Shown: positions 1-9,600 of the stretch, one piece after another | How positions within the stretch are numbered: position 1 is the stretch's first letter | Layout: the number at the start of each line of letters is the position of its first letter | Origin: a virus | Strand: one strand, 5' to 3' | IMG/VR virus record: IMGVR_UViG_3300039443_000002 | Length of the DNA: 46,501 nt | Made by a program: the position numbers and the translations under genes | Notes under the pieces: generated by a model | The model's input: the letters and a program-made list of their open reading frames with translations, nothing else | Databases searched by the model: none | Told to the model about the DNA's origin: nothing

Positions 1-147
1 AAGAGTTCAGCCGCCTGCTCCATAAAGAATTGACGGGCTGGGTGCCTGAAATTATGGGATGGTACGATAGACAGAGACTGAACAAAGGAATGCTAGCACC
101 ATGACAAATGATGGACACACTGTATGGACTGACTTCCGGTTAAACCG
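1..147. repeat. Window-end overlap: 1-147 is base-for-base identical to 46355-46501 (circularly closed or permuted contig)
   Basis: Direct comparison of both ends. The repeat contains about the last 33 codons of thyX and the first 15 codons of the next ORF, so it lies inside coding sequence. Confidence 0.95.
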
Positions 148-328
148 CCTTGCCGCCGACGTCGAAGCTAATACAGCAACCTGTACGGAGCTGCGTCTCA
201 CAGCAGAAGCATTGCTGCAAGTTGTCACCATACACCAAAACAATTTCGAGACAGTTTCACGAGACGTTCTAGGCTTACAAGTAGAAATCAGACGACTTGT
301 GGAGGAGTTGCGGGGTAGGAATCAGTAA
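101..328 (+). CDS. Hypothetical 75-aa coiled-coil-like protein, last gene of the plus arm
   Basis: The ATG overlaps the thyX stop (ATGA at 101-104). The product is charged and heptad-like. No family recognised. Confidence 0.5.
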   Translation: MTNDGHTVWTDFRLNRLAADVEANTATCTELRLTAEALLQVVTIHQNNFETVSRDVLGLQVEIRRLVEELRGRNQ

Positions 329-339
329 CTCCTATCCTG

Positions 340-1608
340 TTAATTCCCTAGTTTGTACCCCATGAAATAGGACTGACCTGATCCTCCTATTATCGTATAG
401 GAGGTACTCGAACCGCTACAGTTTGTCTGAACTTTAACTGTTTGTCCTGCTAGAACTGAAGCTATACAACTTACATACAATGGAAAGTCTTCTGTTGTCC
501 CGTAAGTTGTATATACTGCTTGAGCTATTGACGTTGAGTTAATCAACAGCTGTATCTGAATGTTAATTCCAGATGCACTAGGTGCGTTAATGTGACAAAG
601 AGAAGCTAAAAAGTAAACTCCCCCTTGTCCTGTTGGACAGGTGAATATACTACTGGTTCCTATAGCGCTGTCTGTGTCAAGAGACACTACGCTTAATACT
701 ACTGTTCCTAAAGAAGTACTGTAGGCATTATTAGTAGCGTTGTACACCAACCAAGCAGGTCTGTAGTTAGCGTTGGTGTAAGCAGTAGTTGCTACCTTAG
801 TGCTGTTGTCACTCTTAGCTTGAGTAGTAGCTGTGACACCATTGCCCAAAACAAATGACGCAGACAAGGTTTCAGTACCCGACGTTAATTCATTATGGAC
901 AAAAGCGTCAGTAGCTACTTTGGTAGTGTTGTCGCCAACTGCCTGAGTAGAAGCTACCGTTCCATTGCTCAATGTCAGAGCAGCAGCCAGGGCGTTAGTG
1001 ACCCTGGTGTTCGCGTATTGGCAGGTAGCTAGCTGGGTTGTGTTCGTGTTGTCCGTTGCAGTCGGGGCTGCCGGGACACCCGTAAACGTAGGACTCGCTA
1101 TAGGTGCCAGTGTCGACAGAATATTGAACAAAGCGCCACGAGTGGCACCGAATACAGTATCGCCGCTCCAGCCCGTTGGATAAGCTCCGTTCGACAGGAC
1201 AGACGTAATCCCGCTTGACCCAGGACCGATACCGTTCAGATCCGCTTCTTCCTTCCACCGTACCGTCCGGTCTAGTTCCTGGTTCCATAATGTACTGCTC
1301 AACCTTTGCCCATATGTAAGGGGCGATATAACAGCATCCTGGGTTTTGCGCTGGAAGACAATTGTTGTAATACTTGTCTGGCTAGTACCAGTCCATGTCA
1401 GTGTTGTAGTGCTGGTCTTAGACCAACCGTTGACAACTGGTGTTGGATTGGCAGCTTGAAACAGTGTCCCGTTCTGAAACACGTTGAAGTCGTAGATGTT
1501 CAGATTAGGGTCTAGGTTAAGAAGCGAGGGCGGTGGTCCTATAGTTACGGTGTAGCCGTTAGGTACGTTACCGCCCACAGGGTTAACAGAGACGTTTGCT
1601 GTGGGCAT
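340..1608 (-). CDS. Tail fibre protein with tail-fibre repeats and a C1q/TNF-like C-terminal head
   Basis: 422-aa ORF at the distal end of the virion arm. It has three repeat units (DNTNTTQLATCQYA, DNTTKVATDAFV, DNSTKVATTAYT). The C-terminal ~135 aa follow the C1q jelly-roll pattern (GGVYFLASL ... LAGQTVKV ... SYFMGYKL). Confidence 0.75.
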   Translation of the reverse strand: MPTANVSVNPVGGNVPNGYTVTIGPPPSLLNLDPNLNIYDFNVFQNGTLFQAANPTPVVNGWSKTSTTTLTWTGTSQTSITTIVFQRKTQDAVISPLTYGQRLSSTLWNQELDRTVRWKEEADLNGIGPGSSGITSVLSNGAYPTGWSGDTVFGATRGALFNILSTLAPIASPTFTGVPAAPTATDNTNTTQLATCQYANTRVTNALAAALTLSNGTVASTQAVGDNTTKVATDAFVHNELTSGTETLSASFVLGNGVTATTQAKSDNSTKVATTAYTNANYRPAWLVYNATNNAYSTSLGTVVLSVVSLDTDSAIGTSSIFTCPTGQGGVYFLASLCHINAPSASGINIQIQLLINSTSIAQAVYTTYGTTEDFPLYVSCIASVLAGQTVKVQTNCSGSSTSYTIIGGSGQSYFMGYKLGN

Positions 1609-1620
1609 TTATACCTACTC

Positions 1621-3351
1621 CTATAAGCTGAGGATAGCGGGCAGAATGTAATTGTTGACAACGTATGTACAACCAGCAGGTGTCAGATTGTGTCCATCAG
1701 CTGTGAAGTAAATTGTGTTTGTCCATGGAGTAGCAGCGCTATTACTGCTAATTGATGGGAAACCAATGTTGACATCACTAGCTAAGTCAATGATGACGTT
1801 AGGAATGTTTGTCAATGCACCAGTTACTGCGTTACCTGCAACACCGGAAGTGCTGGAAATTGTGACGCCACGTATGTTATTAGCTAGGTTGTTCAGCGCT
1901 TGGTTCAAGGCAGTCTGTGTTGTCTGAGAAGAAGCGACACCATTATAGGTAGCTTGTGACTGCGCAAATGGAGTAATTACAGCTACTTTATAACCCTGTC
2001 CTTGCATTGCACCAATGTAAGTATTGAGAGAAGTAGCAATAGCTGCGCTGTTGTCACCGTTGTTGGTGAATGCGTCGTAAGCTCCAGCAAACAATAGAAT
2101 AACGTCCTTGTTTAGGAAGTTAAGCTTAGCTGCAATGTTGTTGTTTTTGTTGGTAGAACCGTTAACTGTAGCTGCTGTGCGCTTAGGCAGAGATGGGTTG
2201 ACGCCGCACCAGCTAGACCCTAGGGACGACAACAGTAGGTTAGGAACTGCACTACCCATCTGCGCGTTGCTTAGGAACATTCCAGCGAACAAGTCATCAC
2301 CGTCAAATATAATTCGGTTGGACACGTTCATCAACTGGAACAGGTTGAAGGTAGCTGACAATGCTTGAATAGCTGTGAGCGAAGCGTTGTAAACCGTGAA
2401 GCGTCCAACAATGTTTGTCTGAGCGCGACCGAGAATACCAATACCTGACGCGCCAGCACCCAGTCTTCCGCCAGTAGCAGCCGCAGTAGTTAAGGCAAAT
2501 GTTGTCGTAGTAGCCTGTCCGCCAGTCAGTGTCACCGCGTTAGCAGCAGCTATGCCCTTGTAGCCATTGACATACATTGTCGGAACCGTAGCAGCGTTAG
2601 AAACAAGTACGCATACTGACGGACCAGTTGTCAACTGTAGCCCAGTGTCCGCAGCATAGAACGCTGCGGAACCGGAAGCGTAGGGACACCAGGACATAGA
2701 CTGACCGTTTGTCGTAACACCTGCTGCGTTTTGGTTTGGTAGCCATGCTACGCCTAAACCGTTCTGAGCTGCCGTGTTAGCGTCTGTACCTAAGTTTACA
2801 ACGCCCATTCCCAAAGCTACGTTGAAACCACCCGTTGGGTATGACTGGTTGTTAACACCAAAGACTAAGCTACCTGCCTGTTGGCTAGTAATGCTCACCC
2901 CTGCTGGTAGTGTCATGTCCACTGCGCTAGCACCGGGGAAAGTTAAGCCATTGCTAACTACAGAAGCTTTGGTGTTACCAGTACCATTTGTTGACACTAA
3001 GAAAGTATTGCTGTTGACGCTGTCGTCCGGTGTCGCTAAAGTACTACCGTTCCATACATAGTCAGCTAACATGCTGGTTGTAGGGTAAGGGAGCGGGTTG
3101 AACACGTTAGCGTTAAGCGGGTAATTGACCAAGCTATTAATTGTAATGACTGCGTTAGCTGCCAGTGTCGGACCAACGTACTGCATGGTGTTGTTGCCCA
3201 GCTTTACGAAGTTACCGGGTGGAACTGACACACCATTAATAGTTGCTGTGAAGTCTGCGACACTAGCCAACGGACTAATGTTCGCTTGCGTTACGTCGAA
3301 GACGAAATTAGTCCCGCCCGCGACTTGTGTCTGTGTTACTGAACGTGGCAT
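1621..3351 (-). CDS. Tail fibre/spike protein with a C-terminal SGNH(GDSL)-like esterase-fold domain
   Basis: 576-aa ORF next to the other fibre gene. The middle region is lectin-like (YVWNGS...NGLTFPG). The C-terminal part has SGNH-like blocks IIFDGDDLFAG, ILLFAGAYDAF and FTADGHNLTPAG. Confidence 0.65.
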   Translation of the reverse strand: MPRSVTQTQVAGGTNFVFDVTQANISPLASVADFTATINGVSVPPGNFVKLGNNTMQYVGPTLAANAVITINSLVNYPLNANVFNPLPYPTTSMLADYVWNGSTLATPDDSVNSNTFLVSTNGTGNTKASVVSNGLTFPGASAVDMTLPAGVSITSQQAGSLVFGVNNQSYPTGGFNVALGMGVVNLGTDANTAAQNGLGVAWLPNQNAAGVTTNGQSMSWCPYASGSAAFYAADTGLQLTTGPSVCVLVSNAATVPTMYVNGYKGIAAANAVTLTGGQATTTTFALTTAAATGGRLGAGASGIGILGRAQTNIVGRFTVYNASLTAIQALSATFNLFQLMNVSNRIIFDGDDLFAGMFLSNAQMGSAVPNLLLSSLGSSWCGVNPSLPKRTAATVNGSTNKNNNIAAKLNFLNKDVILLFAGAYDAFTNNGDNSAAIATSLNTYIGAMQGQGYKVAVITPFAQSQATYNGVASSQTTQTALNQALNNLANNIRGVTISSTSGVAGNAVTGALTNIPNVIIDLASDVNIGFPSISSNSAATPWTNTIYFTADGHNLTPAGCTYVVNNYILPAILSL

Positions 3352-3425
3352 TCTGTTTTACCTCTTGTGTGTTTACCGAACGTAAATGGAATTTAGCTAA
3401 GTATTTATTAGCTATAATCTCGTCG

Positions 3426-6400
3426 TCACTTAGTTGACCCGGACGCATTGGGCATACCTCTACGTAACTGCAAGGCTTCTGTTAATATTTTAGTCATCTC
3501 TTCCGCTCCAGGTAGCGGCGCTTTGTTCTGAATTACAGTTAATTGCTTTACTACCTCTATGGCTTTGGACGGCGGTATATGGTTCTGTACCATCCAAGCC
3601 ATAACCCTACCTCTGTCTACTGACATCTGGTACCAGTTGTCGATGTTCTGGTTAATGGCTTTTGTCCGTCTGTCTAGCTCCGCCTTTGGGACACCTCCTG
3701 TTAGCTGGTCATTCCTCAACGCTACCTGCGCGTTCTGTATTGACTTGTAGACATCATCTACAGCTTTGCCATACTCGTCAAATGTGTACTGCATATTCGC
3801 CGCAGGTCGCACGTAACTTAACTGTAGACCAGTACCGCGTAGCAATTGCCATAGCCACGCTTTCTCTACTGGCTGAATGTTCATGTCCGTGTCAGACCGC
3901 TGTGTACCAAATACACTTAATTGCTCCGGTCTGACAATGTTACCGTGAACGTCGTACATCTTTGCGTAGCCGAAGACACCGCCAGGGTTTACATCGTTTA
4001 TGTCTTTTGTAAACGGTACGGCTGCTGACAACAGGGCTGCTGCTGCTCGGCTCATGGGGATGCCCAGGAAGGTGTTGCCCTTAGCTAGCGGGTTGGGTAT
4101 GTCCCGTCCTTCGGGGTGCAGCTCCTCTACCATGTTCTGCAACCATGTCCCATTGGTAGCGTCGTTAAGCCAGTCTACCCAAGTGTCCTCACCGCCGATG
4201 CCCGCGTCGCTTAGCGCTTGGTCTCTCTGTCGTTCAGCGCTACCACTGTAATTGCCCCCATGTCCTGACAAAGACCCAAAGGCGTGCCAAACCCGTTGAC
4301 CTTCGTCATTAATGAAAGAAAGTGCGTCAAGTCTAGGGTCATAGCTTGTTGCTCGTAGGAATACATTAACACCGTCTACTGGTCCTTTTTGCACGAGAAT
4401 GGGAAAACGCAAACCGTCAAAGTCTCGAACACCGCCTTCAGGTATGCTATTAGCACCTTCGTACTGGTTCCATGCTGACAATAACCTATAGTATGCGACA
4501 TACTTATAAGGCTCTGCTAACATGTTGCGTATTGTCAGCGGTAAGTTCTTCATGCCCCAGGTAGCGAATGGCTTCAACCAGGTTGTGACAAACTTACCCG
4601 CTGTTCCTGTGTCAGCATAGTTAGGAAAGTATTCACCAATATGACCCATAGCGTCTTCAAATTTGTTAAACCTCTTAGGCATGAGGGCGAGGTTATACAT
4701 GCCGTCTGCACGCTCGCCTACTGTCTGAAGCACCGCGAGTTTTGCAGCAGCCTCCATAGACAAACCGACGTTGACAAATGGAGCGATGGTAGCGTCGACC
4801 GCTCTCCCGATTAACTCGGACCCGTAATGAATTCCCTTTAGCGGGTCTTTGAATGCGTCGCTGTACGCCAGAAAGTTCCTAATCGCCCCCGGCAATTTAG
4901 CCGGGTTTATTGCTTCACCACTACTATGACTGACCAACCATGGAGCTATAGAACTGTCCGTGTGCAACAAGGCTCGTTGCATGAATTGACGATGGGTGAG
5001 CATCTCCCCGTCGAACTTGATGAATGGCTTTGCGTTGTCGAAGGAGTCGAATCCCGTCTTCATCACTTGATGGTAGTCGATGTAACTTCCCAGGAAGCGG
5101 GACATATCCCCTCCGGCTGCTACCGTATTAGCCATGCTCTGCCAAAACATCCTACCGATGAATAATATTTTGCTCGACAAGTTGACACTACCCTTATAGA
5201 AATGATGCAGATAACTCCAGACCCCGCCAGCTTCAGCCAAAGCGCTTGGGCTAGCTGCGACATTCATCACCGCCTTCCACTGGTCCGCAGCTACCCTATG
5301 AACGTACAAATCACTTGCAGGTATGTCAATCCCAAATTGCTTGGGATTAAGACTGCCGACATTAACGTAGCGGCTTTTGTCTACAGCACTGAGACTGTCA
5401 TAGTCGTCTTTCGTGATTGTCCACCCAGCTTGAAGACCGTCCTTGATGACTGTCTTCGTAGAAGCGTAGTTAGCCACCCCGCGCTTAAGCCCTTCTGTGT
5501 AAGTCTTTATGGCTTCAACGGGGTCGTTACGCCATATTTCGTTAATAAACTTATGCGGGAGTTCATACTTAGTGACAAGGTAGTCATAAGCTTCACGGCT
5601 AGACATTGGCAGCTTCGTGAGTACCCCACTGTCAACGAGCTGGTCTACCTGCTCTGGTGTAGCGGACTGCTGGAGGAAATTACGCCACTCCCTGGGGTCG
5701 TCTGACAGAACCATTCGCTTTATTTCGTTTGATGAAGTTCCCAGAAATTTAGCTGCAATCTCTGCGTCTTCCGGCATATAGTGATAGGTAGACCGCATTC
5801 TATTCCAAACGGTAGAGAGACCGTTCTGATTGTATGAGCCACCTTTACGAAGTTCACTGTCCTCTATGCCTGAGAGTTCTTTCGCAAGGTCAGACTCTGG
5901 TTCCAGAGTACGCATGTAGAACGACATGTCCGGTGTTGCGATGCGTGGAAAATAACCCAAACCTTGCAGCTTCGATATATCGGAAATGCCCATCGCTTTG
6001 CCCAGAATCCGAGCTTCATCGAATGCAGAAGCTATGTCAGCCCCGCGTTTCACCAGCCCTTCATAGTCGGCTTGAGACAAGCCCATCTGTCGCATTCGGT
6101 CAGCAAAGTCCGTATAGCGACGACCGTTAAATTGACCGACAAGAGTCGTGTCGCCGTAGACTGTTTTGGACTTAGGTATTTGTCCAATTTCTACGGCGTC
6201 TCTCATTAGGAACTGTTTCTCTACTTCAGAAAACTTATACTTAGTAGATAGGGACTCAATGTAATCTCTAGCCGCTTTGACTCTTTGTAATGAATTATAT
6301 AGACCAGCCTGTCTCAGATAGTTCTGCGCCAACTCACGAGCTTTTACAATCTGTTCGTGCGCTAAGCCTGGGACTGACTTACCCAGACCGATTAGCATGT

Positions 6401-6680
6401 TATGTGTCTCGCCTAGAGACGCAGCTAGGAATGAACCAAGTCTGTCGTACTCCCCAGGACGGAGCATTACGAGGTGAGCCATCTCGTGCTGAAGTAAGTC
6501 CTCAATTCCGGCGCGAACTGCGGCGACGTTATCGGCAGCGTCTTGGAGATTGCCAAACATAGCATTGCGTTTGTTCACCTCAATTTTGCGCTTCGCCAGA
6601 TCAGACAATTCGTATGGATCGAAGTCGCGCTCTTTTGGTGTTTCAGTTCTTGTCGGATTATTATTGCAAAATACACTCAT
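3426..6680 (-). CDS. Large (1084 aa) putative internal/ejection virion protein with an N-terminal HExxH motif
   Basis: Position between the internal-protein genes and the tail fibres. HEMAH at residues 65-69 (nt 6474-6488). No other family recognised. Confidence 0.55.
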   Translation of the reverse strand: MSVFCNNNPTRTETPKERDFDPYELSDLAKRKIEVNKRNAMFGNLQDAADNVAAVRAGIEDLLQHEMAHLVMLRPGEYDRLGSFLAASLGETHNMLIGLGKSVPGLAHEQIVKARELAQNYLRQAGLYNSLQRVKAARDYIESLSTKYKFSEVEKQFLMRDAVEIGQIPKSKTVYGDTTLVGQFNGRRYTDFADRMRQMGLSQADYEGLVKRGADIASAFDEARILGKAMGISDISKLQGLGYFPRIATPDMSFYMRTLEPESDLAKELSGIEDSELRKGGSYNQNGLSTVWNRMRSTYHYMPEDAEIAAKFLGTSSNEIKRMVLSDDPREWRNFLQQSATPEQVDQLVDSGVLTKLPMSSREAYDYLVTKYELPHKFINEIWRNDPVEAIKTYTEGLKRGVANYASTKTVIKDGLQAGWTITKDDYDSLSAVDKSRYVNVGSLNPKQFGIDIPASDLYVHRVAADQWKAVMNVAASPSALAEAGGVWSYLHHFYKGSVNLSSKILFIGRMFWQSMANTVAAGGDMSRFLGSYIDYHQVMKTGFDSFDNAKPFIKFDGEMLTHRQFMQRALLHTDSSIAPWLVSHSSGEAINPAKLPGAIRNFLAYSDAFKDPLKGIHYGSELIGRAVDATIAPFVNVGLSMEAAAKLAVLQTVGERADGMYNLALMPKRFNKFEDAMGHIGEYFPNYADTGTAGKFVTTWLKPFATWGMKNLPLTIRNMLAEPYKYVAYYRLLSAWNQYEGANSIPEGGVRDFDGLRFPILVQKGPVDGVNVFLRATSYDPRLDALSFINDEGQRVWHAFGSLSGHGGNYSGSAERQRDQALSDAGIGGEDTWVDWLNDATNGTWLQNMVEELHPEGRDIPNPLAKGNTFLGIPMSRAAAALLSAAVPFTKDINDVNPGGVFGYAKMYDVHGNIVRPEQLSVFGTQRSDTDMNIQPVEKAWLWQLLRGTGLQLSYVRPAANMQYTFDEYGKAVDDVYKSIQNAQVALRNDQLTGGVPKAELDRRTKAINQNIDNWYQMSVDRGRVMAWMVQNHIPPSKAIEVVKQLTVIQNKAPLPGAEEMTKILTEALQLRRGMPNASGSTK

Positions 6681-6687
6681 ATGTCAT

Positions 6688-9600
6688 CTACCATTCACAC
6701 GGATTATTCTGACCCTCAGTTGTGTGACTTTCAAAGTCTGACTTCCAGTCAGCTAGAAAGTCTGCCTTTGCCTGCTGTGCCGCAGACAACCGCTCCGGTT
6801 CCGCGACTTGTTGAAGACGCTTATCTGCTGACAGCAGTCGATGCACTGCGCGACTGCCTTCATCTTCTACTAGTTGTAAGTCCTCCTTCGTCTTGTCAAG
6901 TAACCGCGACTGGAGAGTTATGTTACTCTCCATTTGATTCACTTGCGCTAGCGGCGATTGAGGGTGTTGGGAACTTACCAAGCTATCAGCGTTATATCGT
7001 GAAGCGGCTTGACCTAGTACGTCGTTTGCTACGCGAGCTTGGCTATCCAATAACTGCGCATTCCCTGACAGAAGATTGACCTTGTCACCATCCGTGATCG
7101 CGTCGAAGCCCATGGAATGCAAGGTTAGTGAGCTAACCTTGCTTACGTTGTGCAGCGTCTCTTCGTCCGTTACACCACTGGCGATTAGACGTTTCTCCAT
7201 TTGTGTAAAGTAATCCCCAAAGGGAGTGTCACCTTTAATGGACTTGGTGAAGTTTGCTATCTCGTCCTTGTTTACTCCGCCGACTTCTCGTAAGATCTCT
7301 CTAAATGCATTTTTGACCTGATTAGCCACTGCGGGTCGAAGGGGTACCCTAGTGTCAAGAGGTGAGTGGGTGGATAGCTTAACTTCGTGAACTGTTCCAG
7401 CGTCGCTATATAATCTTCCAGACACTGCTGGTAGATTATCTGTTGCTTTAGCATCTGCAAAAGTACGCGCCGTCTCCACATCAGAAACAACATACGTGCC
7501 GTGACCCCACTCATGGCGACCGCTACCATCAGCCCAGTTAACATCTGGTGTCCACTCCTGTACTTTAGTTCCGTGAAAAAATGACCGACCATTCAAATCA
7601 GCAGCCAGTTCCGAATTCGGTAAAGCGACTCCAGCGTACTTTGCTGGAATCTGGGTTTCCAGAGGGCGCGGTACCGTTGGCAACATTCGCCGTCCGATGT
7701 CAACCGTTGAATTTTCTAGCTTTTGATATGACAAATTCAGAACCTGACTCTGCTTCGTCACCTCGTCCTGAAGATGATTCACTGTCGCAGCTATATTCGC
7801 TGCTTGGCGCTCTGCATTCAGCTTTGCTTGAGTCTGGATTGTCGAAGAATGAGACTGACCAACTTCTGTATCCGGTATACGACTACGTTGCAGGTCTCTT
7901 AACGCGTCTGGACGACCAACAACGTCAGGGTCAGTAATGTTGACACGCAGGTTATGCGCCAAGTCCGTTGTCTCCGCTTTGGCTACTTCATTAGCTTTGT
8001 CAATGATGTAGCTACCCGGCTTGGACAATGGCGACACATCCATCGAAGTGTCAGGGTGAGCTGTGTCTACTGACACAGCCAGAGGATTACCGTCGCCAGC
8101 CAGCACGTTAAACTCTCCGCCAGCCAGTACGCTCTTGGGAATTTCAGCGCCGTAGGGTGCAAATATTGTCTTGTATATAGGGTCAGTAGCGCCGCGTTCT
8201 TGCAGCAAGGTATCTATCTGACCCCAACGTTTTAGTGCGACTGCATCTTTCCCCAAAAGGGGAGCGCCGTCGGGACCAGGAATGACACGGGCTAACCAGT
8301 CCATTTCGTCAATAGTACGTAGAGACTTATTCAGCATCGCCGGGTCTACCTGCATCCCAGGCTTCATAGTGCTTAGGGCTGACACTATATCGCTGTTCTT
8401 CTGCACACCCGTTAGAACATTGCCGCTAATAACTTTCCTTGCTAAGTCCTCCGTGGACATTTGGGCAGGATGAACGTATTCAACGTTATTGTTGACATTG
8501 TTTACAGCTTCTTCTAGTGACAACTTATGGTTATTCATCCAGTCTGTCACTTCGCTCATGCGCTCCATCGCTTCAAATGGAGAGTTGAATTTAAGCCCTA
8601 ATTTTGCAGCAGCTTGCGTTATAGGTGTACCCGTAATGACAGGCGTTGGTGACGCTGCCAGCGTCGTTGTAGGCTCTATTTGAGCTTTGGGGACAGATGG
8701 AGTTACCCTAATAACTTCCGGCCCGTCTACCCCCGGCGCGGGAATTGACACGTACTTTATGTCTCTTCCTGTTCTAACCGCCACAGGAGCAGGAAGCCTG
8801 ACAGGGGCTTGTGTCGGTGTTGGTGTAGCAGCTCCAGCACCAGTTCCCGCTTCAGACACAGGCGTTTCAGTTCGTCGCCGTGGCATGAGCTTACCAGGTT
8901 CTTGAACGTTACCCGCTGGTATAGTACCCGCCATAACTTCGCTGTTGACACTGGGCTTTCCTTCAGTTACAGTTGGCTTTATAGAAGTATTCTCTACACT
9001 TATTCCAGGTCCCTCACCCTCTGGCGGGACCATTTTTATAGGATGATTTAACGGTGACGAACTTTCACCTATTGCTGGTAACGCGGGACGCTCCGGTGCT
9101 CCTACTAACTGTTTTGGGGTGCCAGCTTCTGGCGCTGTTGGCGGTTCTGTACTTAATGGAACCAGACGACCTCTAGGCTTAATCTTGTTGTAGACAGCGC
9201 CCAGAGCTTTGTTGATGGGGTTGATTTCGTCTACGTTGTGGTAGACTAGCATATCAACCGCCATCCCAGCCCAGAAGCGTGGGTCAGAAATATTACCACC
9301 GGAACCAAATCCGAATGCGTGAGTCTTGTCCTGTGTACCGGAGAAGGAGCTTTGCTCACCACGTAGCGCGTTTAGGAAATGACTTCCTTTATACTGGGGT
9401 GTCGGCGCTATTGGTTCGACAGGTTGTAGGGAGGCAGACGGAAGTTGGACATTATTACCGAAACCAGCACCAAGTACAGACTTACCAGTTTGTCCAGTGT
9501 TGTTCATCAAAGGCTTGCTAGCCCAGCTCAGCCCCTGGTTGAGATATTTGACACCACTGTTGTAGAGATTAGCAGCATCATTGCCGAAGTCATGAGTGAG

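Noticed and set aside
1-147. The 147-bp end repeat considered as a true direct terminal repeat of the virion DNA
   Set aside because: It lies within coding sequence (the thyX 3' end and the next ORF's 5' end), unlike known podovirus terminal repeats. An assembly overlap is the simpler reading.
313-337. Hairpin GGGTAGGA-atcagtaac-TCCTATCC at the convergence of the two arms, considered as a bidirectional terminator
   Set aside because: Only 8 bp including a G-U pair, with no U-tract on either strand. It overlaps the stop codon at 326-328. Too weak to call.
5202-5705. 167-aa plus-strand ORF antisense to the 1084-aa virion gene. Similar shadow ORFs occur at 6543-7079, 7581-7937, 27309-27779 and 38228-38659.
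   Set aside because: These are antisense shadow frames of long, tightly packed genes. Their composition is junk-like and there are no start signals.
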